From positions 6,120 to 70,119 of the forward strand of contig CAWIGR010000005.1 in assembly GCA_963835705.1 (NCBI GenBank): a stretch of DNA of 64,000 bases. Reading direction: 5' to 3'. The DNA comes from an uncultured Thermoleophilaceae bacterium. Lineage in GTDB: Bacteria > Actinomycetota > Thermoleophilia > Solirubrobacterales > Thermoleophilaceae. Below the pieces are notes generated by a model, which made no database searches, had not been told where the DNA came from, and worked only from the letters and a program-made list of their open reading frames with translations. Shown piece after piece: positions 8,751 to 18,229 of this stretch. The position numbers and the translations under genes were made by a program. The stretch's first letter is position 1. Each line of letters starts with the position of its first letter.

Positions 8751-10955
8751 GTGAGCTTCGAGGTGAGAGGCAAGCGGATCAGGGTCCGGAGCGTCGTGAT
8801 CTGGACGGCGGTGGCCCTGCTCGGCGCTGTCGCATGGGCCGTCCTGGCGCTCTCACGCGGGGAGGAGATCAGCGCGATCTGGCTCCTGTTCGCGGCCCTG
8901 TGCTCGTACGCGATCGCCTACCGCTTCTACGCGCGCTTCATCGCGAAGAAGGTCCTGGGCACCGACGACGAGCGCGCCACCCCCGCCGAGCGGCTCGACA
9001 ACGGGCACGACTACCAGCCCACCGACCGCCGCGTGCTGTTCGGTCACCACTTCGCGGCCATCGCGGGCGCGGGCCCGCTGGTCGGCCCCGTGCTGGCTGC
9101 CCAGATGGGCTTCCTGCCGGGCACGATCTGGATCATCGTCGGCGTCATCTTCGCCGGCGCCGTGCAGGACATGGTGATCCTGTTCTTCTCGATGCGCCGC
9201 GACGGCAAGAGCCTCGGGCAGATGGCGCGCGACGAGATCGGACCGGTCGGCGGCGCCGCCGCCCTGATCGCGGTCTTCTCGATCATGATCATCCTGCTCG
9301 CGGTGCTCGCGCTGGTCGTGGTGCAGGCGCTCGCGGCGTCGCCCTGGGGCACGTTCTCGATCGCGATGACGATCCCGATCGCGTTCTTCATGGGCTTCTA
9401 CATGCGCGTGCTGCGGCCCGGGCGCGTGATCGAGACGACGGCGATCGGCGTCGCGCTGCTGATGCTCGCGATCGTGGCCGGCGGCTGGGTCCAGGAGGCG
9501 GACGGCGCCCTGGCCGACTTCTTCACGCTCTCGCCGGAGACGCTCGTGATCTGCCTGGTCGTCTACGGCTTCGCCGCCTCGGTCCTGCCGGTCTGGATGC
9601 TGCTGGCCCCGCGCGACTACCTGTCGACCTTCATGAAGATCGGGACGATCGTCCTGCTGGCGCTGGGCATCCTGTTCACGCTCCCGGTGCTCCAGAACGA
9701 GAGCGTCTCGGAGTTCGCGTCGAGCGGCGAGGGGCCCGTCTTCGCCGGCTCGCTGTTCCCGTTCGTGTTCATCATCATCGCCTGTGGCGCCCTGTCGGGC
9801 TTCCACTCGCTGATCTCCTCGGGCACCACGCCCAAGATGATCGAGAAGGAGTCGCAGGTCCGGACGATCGGCTACGGCGCGATGTTGATGGAGTCGTTCG
9901 TCGCGGTGATGGCGATCACCGCCGCGTCGATCCTGGACCCCGGGCTCTACTTCGCGATGAACGCTCCCGCCGGAGTGGTCGGCGACACGGCGCAGTCGGC
10001 CTCCACGGCCGTCCGCGACCTCGGGTTCACGATCAGCCCCGACCAGCTTCAGTCCGCGGCCCGCTCGGTGGAGGAGGAGACGCTCGTGGCGCGCACGGGC
10101 GGTGCGCCCACATTGGCGGTCGGGATGTCCGAGATCTTCTCGGGCGTCATAGGCGGAAACAGCCTGAAGGCCTTCTGGTACCACTTCGCGATCATGTTCG
10201 AGGCCCTGTTCATCCTCACCACCGTGGACGCGGGCACTCGGGTCGGGCGCTTCATGCTGCAGGACACGCTCGGCAACGTCTGGAAGCCGATCGGGCGGGT
10301 GTCCTGGAAGCCCGGGCTGTGGGCCACGAGCGCCGTAGTGGTCGGCGCCTGGGGCTACTTCCTCTACACGGGCGCGACGGACCCGCTCGGAGGCATCAAC
10401 CAGCTCTTCCCGCTGTTCGGCATCGCGAACCAGCTGCTGGCGGCGGTGGCGCTGACGGTGGCCACCACGATCCTGATCAAGTCGGGCAAGTTGAAGTGGG
10501 CGTGGGTCACGCTGGTCCCGCTCGCCTGGGACGCGACGGTCACGCTCACCGCGAGCTGGCAGAAGGTGTTCTCGGACGACCCGAAGCTCGGCTTCTTCGC
10601 CCAGCGCGACACGTTCCAGGAGGCGCTCGACGACGGCGAGGTGCTGGCGCCCGCCGAGAGCCTCGGCGACATGGAGCAGATCGTTACCAACTCGACGGTC
10701 GACGGGATCCTGGCGGCGCTCTTCGCGGTGTTGATCATCCTGGTCATCGCCGACGCGGCGCGGATCTGGATCGCGACGATCCGCGGCAAGCGGCCGGTGG
10801 AGCTGAAGGAGGCCCCGGCGGTGCCGTCCCGCCTGGTGGCGCCGTCCGGCCTGATCGCGACCCCGAGCGAGCGGGCGGCGATGGCCGCCGCCGGGAGCGG
10901 ACGCTTCGCGCGCGGCGCCGAACGCGAGGAGCGCACCGGGGTGGGGAGCCGCTGA
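8751..10955 (+). CDS. cstA: Carbon starvation protein A (peptide/pyruvate transporter family)
   Basis: 734-aa polytopic membrane ORF. GTG start after GGAAGGAGAGAGG. CstA N-terminal signature LCSYAIAYRFYARFIA ... FGHHFAAIAGAGPLVGPVLAAQ. Confidence 0.9.
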   Translation: MSFEVRGKRIRVRSVVIWTAVALLGAVAWAVLALSRGEEISAIWLLFAALCSYAIAYRFYARFIAKKVLGTDDERATPAERLDNGHDYQPTDRRVLFGHHFAAIAGAGPLVGPVLAAQMGFLPGTIWIIVGVIFAGAVQDMVILFFSMRRDGKSLGQMARDEIGPVGGAAALIAVFSIMIILLAVLALVVVQALAASPWGTFSIAMTIPIAFFMGFYMRVLRPGRVIETTAIGVALLMLAIVAGGWVQEADGALADFFTLSPETLVICLVVYGFAASVLPVWMLLAPRDYLSTFMKIGTIVLLALGILFTLPVLQNESVSEFASSGEGPVFAGSLFPFVFIIIACGALSGFHSLISSGTTPKMIEKESQVRTIGYGAMLMESFVAVMAITAASILDPGLYFAMNAPAGVVGDTAQSASTAVRDLGFTISPDQLQSAARSVEEETLVARTGGAPTLAVGMSEIFSGVIGGNSLKAFWYHFAIMFEALFILTTVDAGTRVGRFMLQDTLGNVWKPIGRVSWKPGLWATSAVVVGAWGYFLYTGATDPLGGINQLFPLFGIANQLLAAVALTVATTILIKSGKLKWAWVTLVPLAWDATVTLTASWQKVFSDDPKLGFFAQRDTFQEALDDGEVLAPAESLGDMEQIVTNSTVDGILAALFAVLIILVIADAARIWIATIRGKRPVELKEAPAVPSRLVAPSGLIATPSERAAMAAAGSGRFARGAEREERTGVGSR

Positions 10956-11155
10956 TGGGCAGCCCCGGCATGTTGCGCGACGCCGCCCGCGGGTTCGTGG
11001 GCTACCTCCGCGAGGTCTCGGGGGAGACCGCGTACGACCGGTACGTGGAGCACCGCCGGCGCGGCCACCCCGACGAGCCCGTGATGAGCCGGCGCGACTT
11101 CGAGCGCTGGCGGATGGACCAGCGCGACGAGAAGCCGGGCGCGCGCTGCTGCTGA
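10955..11155 (+). CDS. YbdD/YjiX-family small protein (DUF466), CstA partner
   Basis: 66-aa ORF whose ATG overlaps the cstA stop. ETAYDRYVEH...PVMSRRDFERWR resembles YbdD, and it ends with CC. This is the canonical position after cstA. Confidence 0.75.
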   Translation: MGSPGMLRDAARGFVGYLREVSGETAYDRYVEHRRRGHPDEPVMSRRDFERWRMDQRDEKPGARCC

Positions 11156-11159
11156 GCGG

Positions 11160-12854
11160 CTACCGGCCGAGCGGCCGCGCCGCCACGTCCTCCGACGGCA
11201 CGATCTTGCCCGGGTTGAGGTTCGCGCCGGGGTCCATGCCGTCGAACAGCGCCTGCAGCATCTGCACGCCGGGCGCCGAGATGTCCTCCTCGAGCCAGCG
11301 CGCGTGCTCGACGCCGACCGCGTGGTGGTGCGACAGCGTGGCGCCGGAGTCCACGAAGGCCTGCTGGATCGCCGACTTGACGAGGTCGTACTCCTCCAGG
11401 TCCTCCCGCACCCCGGAGGGCATGAGGGCGAAGGTGAAGTACAGGCACGCACCTGCGTGGTAGGAGTGCGAGAGGTGGCACATGATGTACCCGGTCACGC
11501 CGAGCTCGGCAAAGCCCGCGCGCGCCTCGGCCATCACGTTGTCGTAGAGGCGCTCGAGCAGGCCCCACGGCGCGGCCGTCTCGGACACGTCGGCCAGCGC
11601 CCCGCGGTCGAGCAGGAAGTCGCGGATGTAGGGGGTGTCGAACTTCTTCTGGTCGTACAGCTCGCCCGGTCCGCTGCCGATGCAGATCCCGCCGTGGCGC
11701 TTGACGATCTTGCCCACGAGCTTGCGCTGCGCCGCCACATGGCGCTTGGTGCCCTCGTAGCCGATGAACGACAGGCACATCGCCTCGAGGTCGTAGCCGC
11801 GCCGCCGTTGCAGGAACTCCCGCAACGCCCGTGACTTGACGCGGTCCAGCGGCGAGTCGCCCCGCTTGGTGGAGAAGGAGAACGCGGTCTCGTACGAGTC
11901 GGACACGCGCGTGACCGACGGCGAGGCATCGCTCTCGGCGATCTCGCGCATGGCGGCGAGCCCGGCCGGCCAGGTCGGGAAGAGGTAGCCCAGGATCGTG
12001 CGACGCTCCGGCACCCGGTGCACGTGCACGGTCGCCTCGGTGATGATCCCGAGCCGGCCCTCGCTGCCGAGCACCATCTCGCGCACGCTGGGCCCGGTGG
12101 AGGTGTGAGGCACCGGCCGCGTGACCAGCATGCCCGCAGTGGTCACCACCCGCAACGCGCGGGTGATGTCCGCCATGTCGCCGTACTTGTCTGACTGCAT
12201 GCCCGACGAGCGCGTCGCGATCCAACCGCCGAGCGTCGAGTTGGTGAAGCTGTCGGGGAAGTGCCCCAGCGTCCACCCCCGGGCGTTCAGCTGCCGTTCC
12301 AGGTGCGGGCCGAAGACGCCAGGCTGCACGCGCGCGAGGCCCGAGTCGGCGTCCACCGCGAGCACGGCGTCCATGCGGCCCAGGTCGACCGAGATGACCG
12401 GGCGCGTCTCGGAGTCCGGCGCCTCGAGGCTCCCGGAGATGTTCGTGCCGCCGCCGAACGGGATGACCACGGCGTCCGCGTCGAGGGCCGCGGTGAGGAC
12501 GGCCCGCACCGCCTCCTCGTCGCCCGGACGCACCACCGCGTCGGGGATCCGGCCGATCTCGCCGCGGCGGTGGCGGACGAGGTCGCGCAGGCACTTGCCG
12601 CGCGCGTGCACGACGCGGTCGAGCGCGCCGGTCGAGACATGCTCGGCGCCTACGCCCGCCTCCAGCGCCGCCAGCAGGTGCCCCGGCAGCTCCGGCTCGG
12701 GCACGTCGAGCGTCTCGAAGGACACGGGCCGTGACGTGATCCGATCGGCGTCGAGCGCGAGATGAAGCTTCAGGAACGGACCCAGACCCGGCTTGTCCTC
12801 GTGCGTGAACGAGACGCCCTCGTCCCCCCAGCCCCACCATTTCATCTGCTTCAT
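11160..12854 (-). CDS. FAD-linked oxidase, alkyl-dihydroxyacetone-phosphate synthase (AgpS)-like
   Basis: Start chosen at MKQMKWWGWGDEGVSF (AGPS-like KW(N/W)GWG N-terminus). FAD-binding PCMH domain (VVRPGDEEAVRAVLTAALDADAVVIPFGGGTNISG). C-terminal HHHAVG motif. Confidence 0.8.
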   Translation of the reverse strand: MKQMKWWGWGDEGVSFTHEDKPGLGPFLKLHLALDADRITSRPVSFETLDVPEPELPGHLLAALEAGVGAEHVSTGALDRVVHARGKCLRDLVRHRRGEIGRIPDAVVRPGDEEAVRAVLTAALDADAVVIPFGGGTNISGSLEAPDSETRPVISVDLGRMDAVLAVDADSGLARVQPGVFGPHLERQLNARGWTLGHFPDSFTNSTLGGWIATRSSGMQSDKYGDMADITRALRVVTTAGMLVTRPVPHTSTGPSVREMVLGSEGRLGIITEATVHVHRVPERRTILGYLFPTWPAGLAAMREIAESDASPSVTRVSDSYETAFSFSTKRGDSPLDRVKSRALREFLQRRRGYDLEAMCLSFIGYEGTKRHVAAQRKLVGKIVKRHGGICIGSGPGELYDQKKFDTPYIRDFLLDRGALADVSETAAPWGLLERLYDNVMAEARAGFAELGVTGYIMCHLSHSYHAGACLYFTFALMPSGVREDLEEYDLVKSAIQQAFVDSGATLSHHHAVGVEHARWLEEDISAPGVQMLQALFDGMDPGANLNPGKIVPSEDVAARPLGR

Positions 12855-12898
12855 CACAGGCGACGATACGAAATCGGCGTCATCTACATTGTTCGGCC

Positions 12899-13874
12899 GT
12901 GCGCGAGCCACAGCATCCCGTGGTCGAAGTGCTCCGTGAGCGGGCACAGCAGGGCAGCCTGGCCGGCCGGCGCGACGACCCTCACCGCGTCGCGCTCGTG
13001 GTCGAGGGCGGGGGCATGCGCGGCGTCGTATCGGCCGGGATGACCGCCGCGCTCGAGCGCCTGGGCCTCACGGGCTGCTTCGACCTGATCGTCGGGGCGT
13101 CGGCCGGGGCGATCAACGGCGCCGCCCTGATCGCGGGCGTGGCCCGCGAGGGTGCTGCCGCCTATCACGGCCCGCTCGCCTCCCGGAGGTTCGTCAACCC
13201 CGCGCGGGCGCTGCGCGGCCGGCCGGTGATCGACGTCGGCTACGCGCTCGAGTACGCCTCGGCGGGGCTGGACGCCGGCCGTCACGAGCGCGTGCTGGCC
13301 AGCCCGATCGCCCTGCACTGCGTGGCGGTCAGCGTGGAGACGGCCGAGACCGTCACTTTCTCCGGGATGCGCTCGAGGACCGAGCTCGACGACGCCGTGC
13401 TCGCCTCCTGCCGGATGCCGTGGGCCGGCGGTCCGCCGGTCGAGATCGAGGGACGCCGCTACGTGGACGGCGGCCTCGGGTCGGCGATCCCCGTAGAGGA
13501 GGCGGTCGCCGCCGGCGCCACGCACGTGCTGGCGCTCCAGACGCGACCGCACGGCGTGCCGCGCAGGAGCGCCTCGCGGATGGCCGACGTGCTGATCGTG
13601 CGGCACCTGCGCGCGCTCAACCCGGCGCTGGCCACGCTCTACCGCGAGCGGGTGGCGTGGTACGAGCGCGTGGTGGGGGACATCGCCCGGCGCTCGCGCG
13701 ACTGGAGACGGTGGACCGCCGTACGTGCTCGGCCTGCGGCCACCGGCCGGGACGCCGGTGGTGTCGCAGCTCGAGCGGCGCTCGGAGGTGCTGGCCGCCG
13801 CGGCCCGGGACGCCGAGCGCCTGGTCGAGCAGACGCTGCCGCTCGGCGCCGAGAGCCATCCGGCGGCGGGCTGA
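12899..13874 (+). CDS. Patatin-like phospholipase, interrupted by a +1 frameshift near 13690-13715 (possible pseudogene or sequence error)
   Basis: The first frame carries the oxyanion GGGMRG, the nucleophile GASAG and the catalytic Asp in YVDGGL. After ...VVGDIARRS that frame turns Arg/Ala-rich. The +1 frame continues sensibly as GDGGPPYVLGLRPPAGTPVVSQLERRSEVLAAAARDAERLVEQTL to TGA 13872-13874. Confidence 0.75.
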
Positions 13875-13885
13875 GGCCGGGGCCG

Positions 13886-14122
13886 TTACTCGCTGGTCGG
13901 GCTGCGCTCGATGCCCTCGCTGAAGCGGCGCTCGACGTGCTTCTCGGGCGAGTCGGGCAATTCTTCCGCGCCTTCGCTGAAGCGGCCCTCCTCGCCCGGC
14001 TCGCCCTCGCGCGCGCCGCGCGCGAAGTCCGGCTCGAGGTTCTCCTCGGGCGTATCGGGCTTGTGATCGACGCCCTTCTCGAAGCGTCTTTTCCTGCTGC
14101 GGCTTGGCTGGGTGCTTGTCAT
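13886..14122 (-). CDS. Small acidic repeat protein (78 aa), family unknown
   Basis: High GC3 in this frame only. It holds four degenerate ~16-aa repeats built around RF-x-(E/K/R)-G...P-(D/S/T)-x-P-E. It is the last gene of the long minus-strand cluster, 35 nt after the SDR gene. Confidence 0.55.
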   Translation of the reverse strand: MTSTQPSRSRKRRFEKGVDHKPDTPEENLEPDFARGAREGEPGEEGRFSEGAEELPDSPEKHVERRFSEGIERSPTSE

Positions 14123-14157
14123 GCTCCATAGGTTGGTTGTACCCGCTGTCCGGCCAG

Positions 14158-15156
14158 TTAGTCAGCCTGGGCGGAACGCCGCACCAAGCCTTCGCGCGTG
14201 GCCCACTCGATCGTCCGCCGGAACGTCTCGGCGACGGGCGTGTAGCGCAGGCCGAGCTCGCGCTGCGCGCGCGAGCCGTCGTAGCGGTGGCCATGCACGA
14301 GCGTCCGCACCATCTCCCGGCAGACCGGCGGCTGGCGGCCGCGCACGCGAAAGCCGGCCTCCACCACCGCCGCCGCGACGCCGGCCAGGCGCGGCGGGAG
14401 GAAGCGCACGTCGCGGCGGACGCCCGACAGCTCCGCGACGACGTCCAGCGCCTCGCGCGACGACATCGTCGCGCCGTTGAGCACATAGCGCTCGCCCGGC
14501 ACTCCGCGCTCGGCGCCGAGCAGGTGGCCCTCCACGCAGTCGGCGATGTCGACGATGCTGATCTGCGTGTCGAGGAACGCCGGCAGCCGCCCGTTGAGGT
14601 ACGCGATCAGGATTCGCCCGGTGCCGCCCGCGCGGCCGGGGCCCTGGACCGACGACGGGTTGATCGAGACGAGCTCGACGCCGGCGCGGCGCGCGGCCGC
14701 GATCGCGGCTCGCTCGCCCTCGTGCTTGGAGCGCTCGTAGACCGAGAGAAAGCTGCCGCGGTGCGCCGACGCCTCGTCGCCCACGGTGCCCGGCGCCTCG
14801 CCCAGCGACGCCGCCGACGAGGTGAGCACCACCCTGGGGACGCCGGCCCGCGCGGCGGCACGCACGGCGGCCTCCGCGCCGCGCACGTTCACGTGGAAGA
14901 GGGCGGCGGGGTCGGTGGGGCACATCGTGTTGATGCCGGCCACGTGGTAGGCGAGCGCGCACCCCGCCATGCCCGCTGCCATCGCGTCCTCGTCCAGCAC
15001 ATCGCCGCGAACGACCTGCGCGCCGCCGGCGGCGAGCTTGCGCTCCGCCGCGTCCGAACGTGCCATCGCCACCACCTCGTCGCCGCGGTCGGCCAGGCGA
15101 GCGGCGAGCGCGCCGCCGATCAGGCCGCTGCCGCCCGTCAGGAAGACGCGCGTCAC
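14158..15156 (-). CDS. NAD-dependent epimerase/dehydratase family (extended SDR) protein
   Basis: GTG 15156 overlaps the upstream stop (GTGA). Rossmann motif VFLTGGSGLIGGALAARL and catalytic YxxxK in SVYERSK. Confidence 0.85.
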   Translation of the reverse strand: MTRVFLTGGSGLIGGALAARLADRGDEVVAMARSDAAERKLAAGGAQVVRGDVLDEDAMAAGMAGCALAYHVAGINTMCPTDPAALFHVNVRGAEAAVRAAARAGVPRVVLTSSAASLGEAPGTVGDEASAHRGSFLSVYERSKHEGERAAIAAARRAGVELVSINPSSVQGPGRAGGTGRILIAYLNGRLPAFLDTQISIVDIADCVEGHLLGAERGVPGERYVLNGATMSSREALDVVAELSGVRRDVRFLPPRLAGVAAAVVEAGFRVRGRQPPVCREMVRTLVHGHRYDGSRAQRELGLRYTPVAETFRRTIEWATREGLVRRSAQAD

Positions 15157-15743
15157 GTGTGGTTGTCCCCGCGCACCACCAGCGGGATCGCCCTCACCAG
15201 GTAGTCGGCCGCGGACGCCACGGTTATGGCGGCCGCGGCCAGCATCGCCCATTCGTCGAGGTACAGGCCGGCCAGCGGCTCGCCGGGTCGCAGGATCGCA
15301 AGCGCGATCGCGACGAACTGGACGCTGGTCTTGAGCTTGCCGAGTATCGAGGGCGACATGACCTCGCCCTCCGAGGCGATCACCCCGCGCAGGGCCATCA
15401 GGACCAGCTCGCGACCGATGATGAGCGCGACGATCCACGCCGACGCGCGGTCGGCGGCGAGCAGGGCGATCAGCACGCCCGACACGAGCAGCTTGTCGGC
15501 CGTCGTGTCCAGGAACGAGCCGAGCTTGCTGGTCACACCCCAGCGCCGCGCGAGCCACCCGTCGATCCAGTCGGTGGCGGCCGCCAGGCAGAAGAGCACG
15601 GTCGCCGCCAGCTCGGCTCCGTCCCCGTCCCCCTCGAGCACGAGCCACATCACGACCGGGGTGAGGACGATGCGAATCGCGCTGCTCGCGGCGATCACGG
15701 GTGCGGAGCGGAGTCCGTCCCGGGGCATGGTGAAGATCGCCAT
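15153..15743 (-). CDS. CDP-alcohol phosphatidyltransferase (PgsA-like)
   Basis: Signature DWIDGWLARRWGVTSKLGSFLDTTADK, i.e. D-G-x2-A-R-x8-G-x3-D-x3-D. About 5 TM helices. The start is ATG 15743, or possibly 15728. Confidence 0.8.
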   Translation of the reverse strand: MAIFTMPRDGLRSAPVIAASSAIRIVLTPVVMWLVLEGDGDGAELAATVLFCLAAATDWIDGWLARRWGVTSKLGSFLDTTADKLLVSGVLIALLAADRASAWIVALIIGRELVLMALRGVIASEGEVMSPSILGKLKTSVQFVAIALAILRPGEPLAGLYLDEWAMLAAAAITVASAADYLVRAIPLVVRGDNHT

Positions 15744-15757
15744 GAGGCGAGCGGATG

Positions 15758-18229
15758 CTACCGCGCGCGGACCGCGGTCTTGGGGAGCGGGGGCAGCGCC
15801 GCGCGCGCGGCCGACTCGGCGGCCGCCCAATCGACCTCGCGGAGCGCTGCCTTGACGGCCGGGATCCGGCTCCCCGCCATGCTGAGCTCCTGCACGCCGA
15901 GCCCCGCGAGGAGGACCGCGGCCCGAGGATCGCCGGCCAGCTCGCCGCACACGCCGACCCAGCGGCCGTGCGCGGCGGCGGCCGCGGTCACCGCGGCCAC
16001 GAGCGCTAGCACCGGGGCCAGCGAGTCGTTCAGCAGGCCGGCCATGGCCGCGTTGCCGCGGTCGGCGGCCATCACGTACTGGGCGAGGTCGTTGGTCCCG
16101 ATCGAGAAGAAGTCGACCTCGGGGGCGAACCGCGCCGCCTCGAGCGCGAGCGCCGGCACCTCGACCATCACGCCTACCTCGAGCTCCGCGGGGCTGCCGA
16201 GGTCCGTGCGCACCTCGTCGAGCAGGGCGCGCGCGGCCCGCAGCTCGTCCAGGGTGGCGACCATCGGGAACATCACCTTCAGCGGGTGCTCCGCCGCGAC
16301 TCGGACGATCGCCCGGAGCTGCGTCCGCAACAGGTCCGGGCTGGAGAGCGACAGCCGGATGCCGCGGCGCCCCAGGAAGGGGTTCGGCTCCGGGTCCTGC
16401 CGCAGGAACGGGAGCGGCTTGTCGGCCCCGGTGTCGAGCGTGCGCACCACGACCGGACGGCCGTCCAGCGCGCCGGCGATCTCGCGCAGGACGTCGGCCT
16501 GCTCCTCCTCGTCGGGCGGCGCCGCGCGGTCGAGGAACAGGAACTCGGTGCGCAGCAGCCCGACGCCCTCGGCGCCCTGCTCCACGGCCAGGCGCGCCTC
16601 CGCCGGATTGCCGACGTTCGCGAAGACCTCGACCCGGCGGCCGTCGCGCAGCGCGCCCGGTTCGGCGGCGAGCGCCAGCGCGGCGCGGCGGGCCGCCTCG
16701 GCTGCCGCGCGCCGACGCTCGTACTCGGCGATCGCCTCGGGATCGGGATCCACGTGGATCACGCCCGCCTCCCCGTCGACCACCAGCGGCGTGCCCTCCG
16801 CGATCGCGAGCAGCGAGCCGCCCAGCCCCACCGCCGCGGGGATGCCCAGTGCCCGGGCGAGGATCGCCGCGTGCGCGGTGGCTCCGCCGCGCGCGGTGGC
16901 GATCGCCCAGGCGTCGGCGGGATCGAGACCGGCCGCCTCGCGCGGCGTCAGCTCGTCGGCCACCACGATGCCGGGAGCCTCCAGCACCGCTCCCGGCGAC
17001 ACCCCTGCGAGCCGGGCCAGCACCCGGGACGAGACGTCCTCCACGTCCACCGCCCGCTCGCGCAGGTAGGGGTCGTCAAGCGCGCGGAACGCCTCGGCCG
17101 CCTCCCGCGACGCCGCCCGCCACGCCCGCCCGGCCGGCTCTCCCTTGTCGATTTGGCGCAGCGCGGGCTCGGTGATCGCGGCGTCGTCGAGCAGGAGCGC
17201 GTGGGCGGTGAAGATCTCCGCCTCCGCGGCCCCGGCGCGCGCGGTCACCGCGGCGCGAGCCTCCTGGAGGTCGTCGCGTACCGCCGCGCGAGCCGCCTCG
17301 AGCCGCGCCCGCTCCTCGGCGGGCGTGCCGCCGGGCCCGTCCTCCACCGGCGGCTCCCGCGGGCGCAGCGGGCGGGCCGGCCCGATCGCGATCCCCGAAG
17401 AGGCGGCCACGCCGCGCAGCCGTGTCCCCGTGCCCGGGGGCGAAGCGGGTTCCGCTGCCCCGAGCGGCGCGGCCTCAGGCGGAGCGGTGGCGGACGCAGC
17501 ATCTTCGTCTATATCGCCGAAGTTCGCGGATGCGAGCGCGTCGACCGCGGCAAGAGCGTCGGCGGCGCCGCCGCCGCTTGCCCTCACGACGATCTCGTCG
17601 CCCTGGCGCACGGCGAGCGTCGCAAGGCCGGTCAAGCTGCGCCCATCGGCCGGACCGCGTCCGCGGCTCTGGTTGACGACCTCGACGCGCGCCTCGATCC
17701 CGGCGAGAGCGCCCACGAAACGAGCGGCCGGGCGGGCGTGGAGGCCCAGCCGGGTATCCACGCGCAGGCGCAGCTCCTGCGCAGCGTCATCGTCGCTTGC
17801 CATGCGCTCCGCCGCGTCCTCGGGCTCGTCGCCGCCCAGCTGGGTGGTCTTCATGGCGAGCGCGCCGCGCGCCTCGCGCGCCACCTCGTCGAGCGACCCG
17901 CCGCCGCGTGCGCGGGCGGCCGCCGCCACGGCGCCCTCCACCAGCGGCGCCTCCGACAGCAGGATCGGGCCACCCTCGGGATCGGCCATCTCGGTCGCCA
18001 TCTCCGCACTCATCAGCGCGCTGCCGAGGTCCATCAGCACCAGCACGCCGTCGGGCGAGCGGACCCGCTCGACCGCCTCGTACACCCGCGCGGCGTCTGT
18101 GCCGAGCGCCCCGTCCTCGATCCCGCCGGCCGCCTCGATCGGCACCTCGCCGGCCCCCATCTCGCGGGCCAGCTCCACGACGCCCTCGGCCAGCGCCGCG
18201 CTGTGGGAGACGATCACGAGGCCGACCAC
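15758..18229 (-). CDS. dhaM: PTS-type dihydroxyacetone kinase phosphotransfer protein: DhaM (EIIA-Man-like)-HPr-Enzyme I triple fusion
   Basis: GTG 18229 shares one nt with the glpC stop. The N-terminal LVIVSHSAALAEG is a DhaM/EIIA-Man motif. GLHARPAARF is an HPr His motif. A Pro/Ala linker follows. A full EI domain carries GGATAHAAILARALGIPA, FFSIGTNDLAQY and CGELAGD. Confidence 0.85.
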   Translation of the reverse strand: MVGLVIVSHSAALAEGVVELAREMGAGEVPIEAAGGIEDGALGTDAARVYEAVERVRSPDGVLVLMDLGSALMSAEMATEMADPEGGPILLSEAPLVEGAVAAAARARGGGSLDEVAREARGALAMKTTQLGGDEPEDAAERMASDDDAAQELRLRVDTRLGLHARPAARFVGALAGIEARVEVVNQSRGRGPADGRSLTGLATLAVRQGDEIVVRASGGGAADALAAVDALASANFGDIDEDAASATAPPEAAPLGAAEPASPPGTGTRLRGVAASSGIAIGPARPLRPREPPVEDGPGGTPAEERARLEAARAAVRDDLQEARAAVTARAGAAEAEIFTAHALLLDDAAITEPALRQIDKGEPAGRAWRAASREAAEAFRALDDPYLRERAVDVEDVSSRVLARLAGVSPGAVLEAPGIVVADELTPREAAGLDPADAWAIATARGGATAHAAILARALGIPAAVGLGGSLLAIAEGTPLVVDGEAGVIHVDPDPEAIAEYERRRAAAEAARRAALALAAEPGALRDGRRVEVFANVGNPAEARLAVEQGAEGVGLLRTEFLFLDRAAPPDEEEQADVLREIAGALDGRPVVVRTLDTGADKPLPFLRQDPEPNPFLGRRGIRLSLSSPDLLRTQLRAIVRVAAEHPLKVMFPMVATLDELRAARALLDEVRTDLGSPAELEVGVMVEVPALALEAARFAPEVDFFSIGTNDLAQYVMAADRGNAAMAGLLNDSLAPVLALVAAVTAAAAAHGRWVGVCGELAGDPRAAVLLAGLGVQELSMAGSRIPAVKAALREVDWAAAESAARAALPPLPKTAVRAR

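Noticed and set aside
12899-14131. Full-length 410-aa reading of the patatin ORF as given in the track.
   Set aside because: The last ~140 residues are Arg/Ala-rich. They would run antisense through the small repeat-protein gene. A +1 frame gives a family-like C-terminus ending at 13874.
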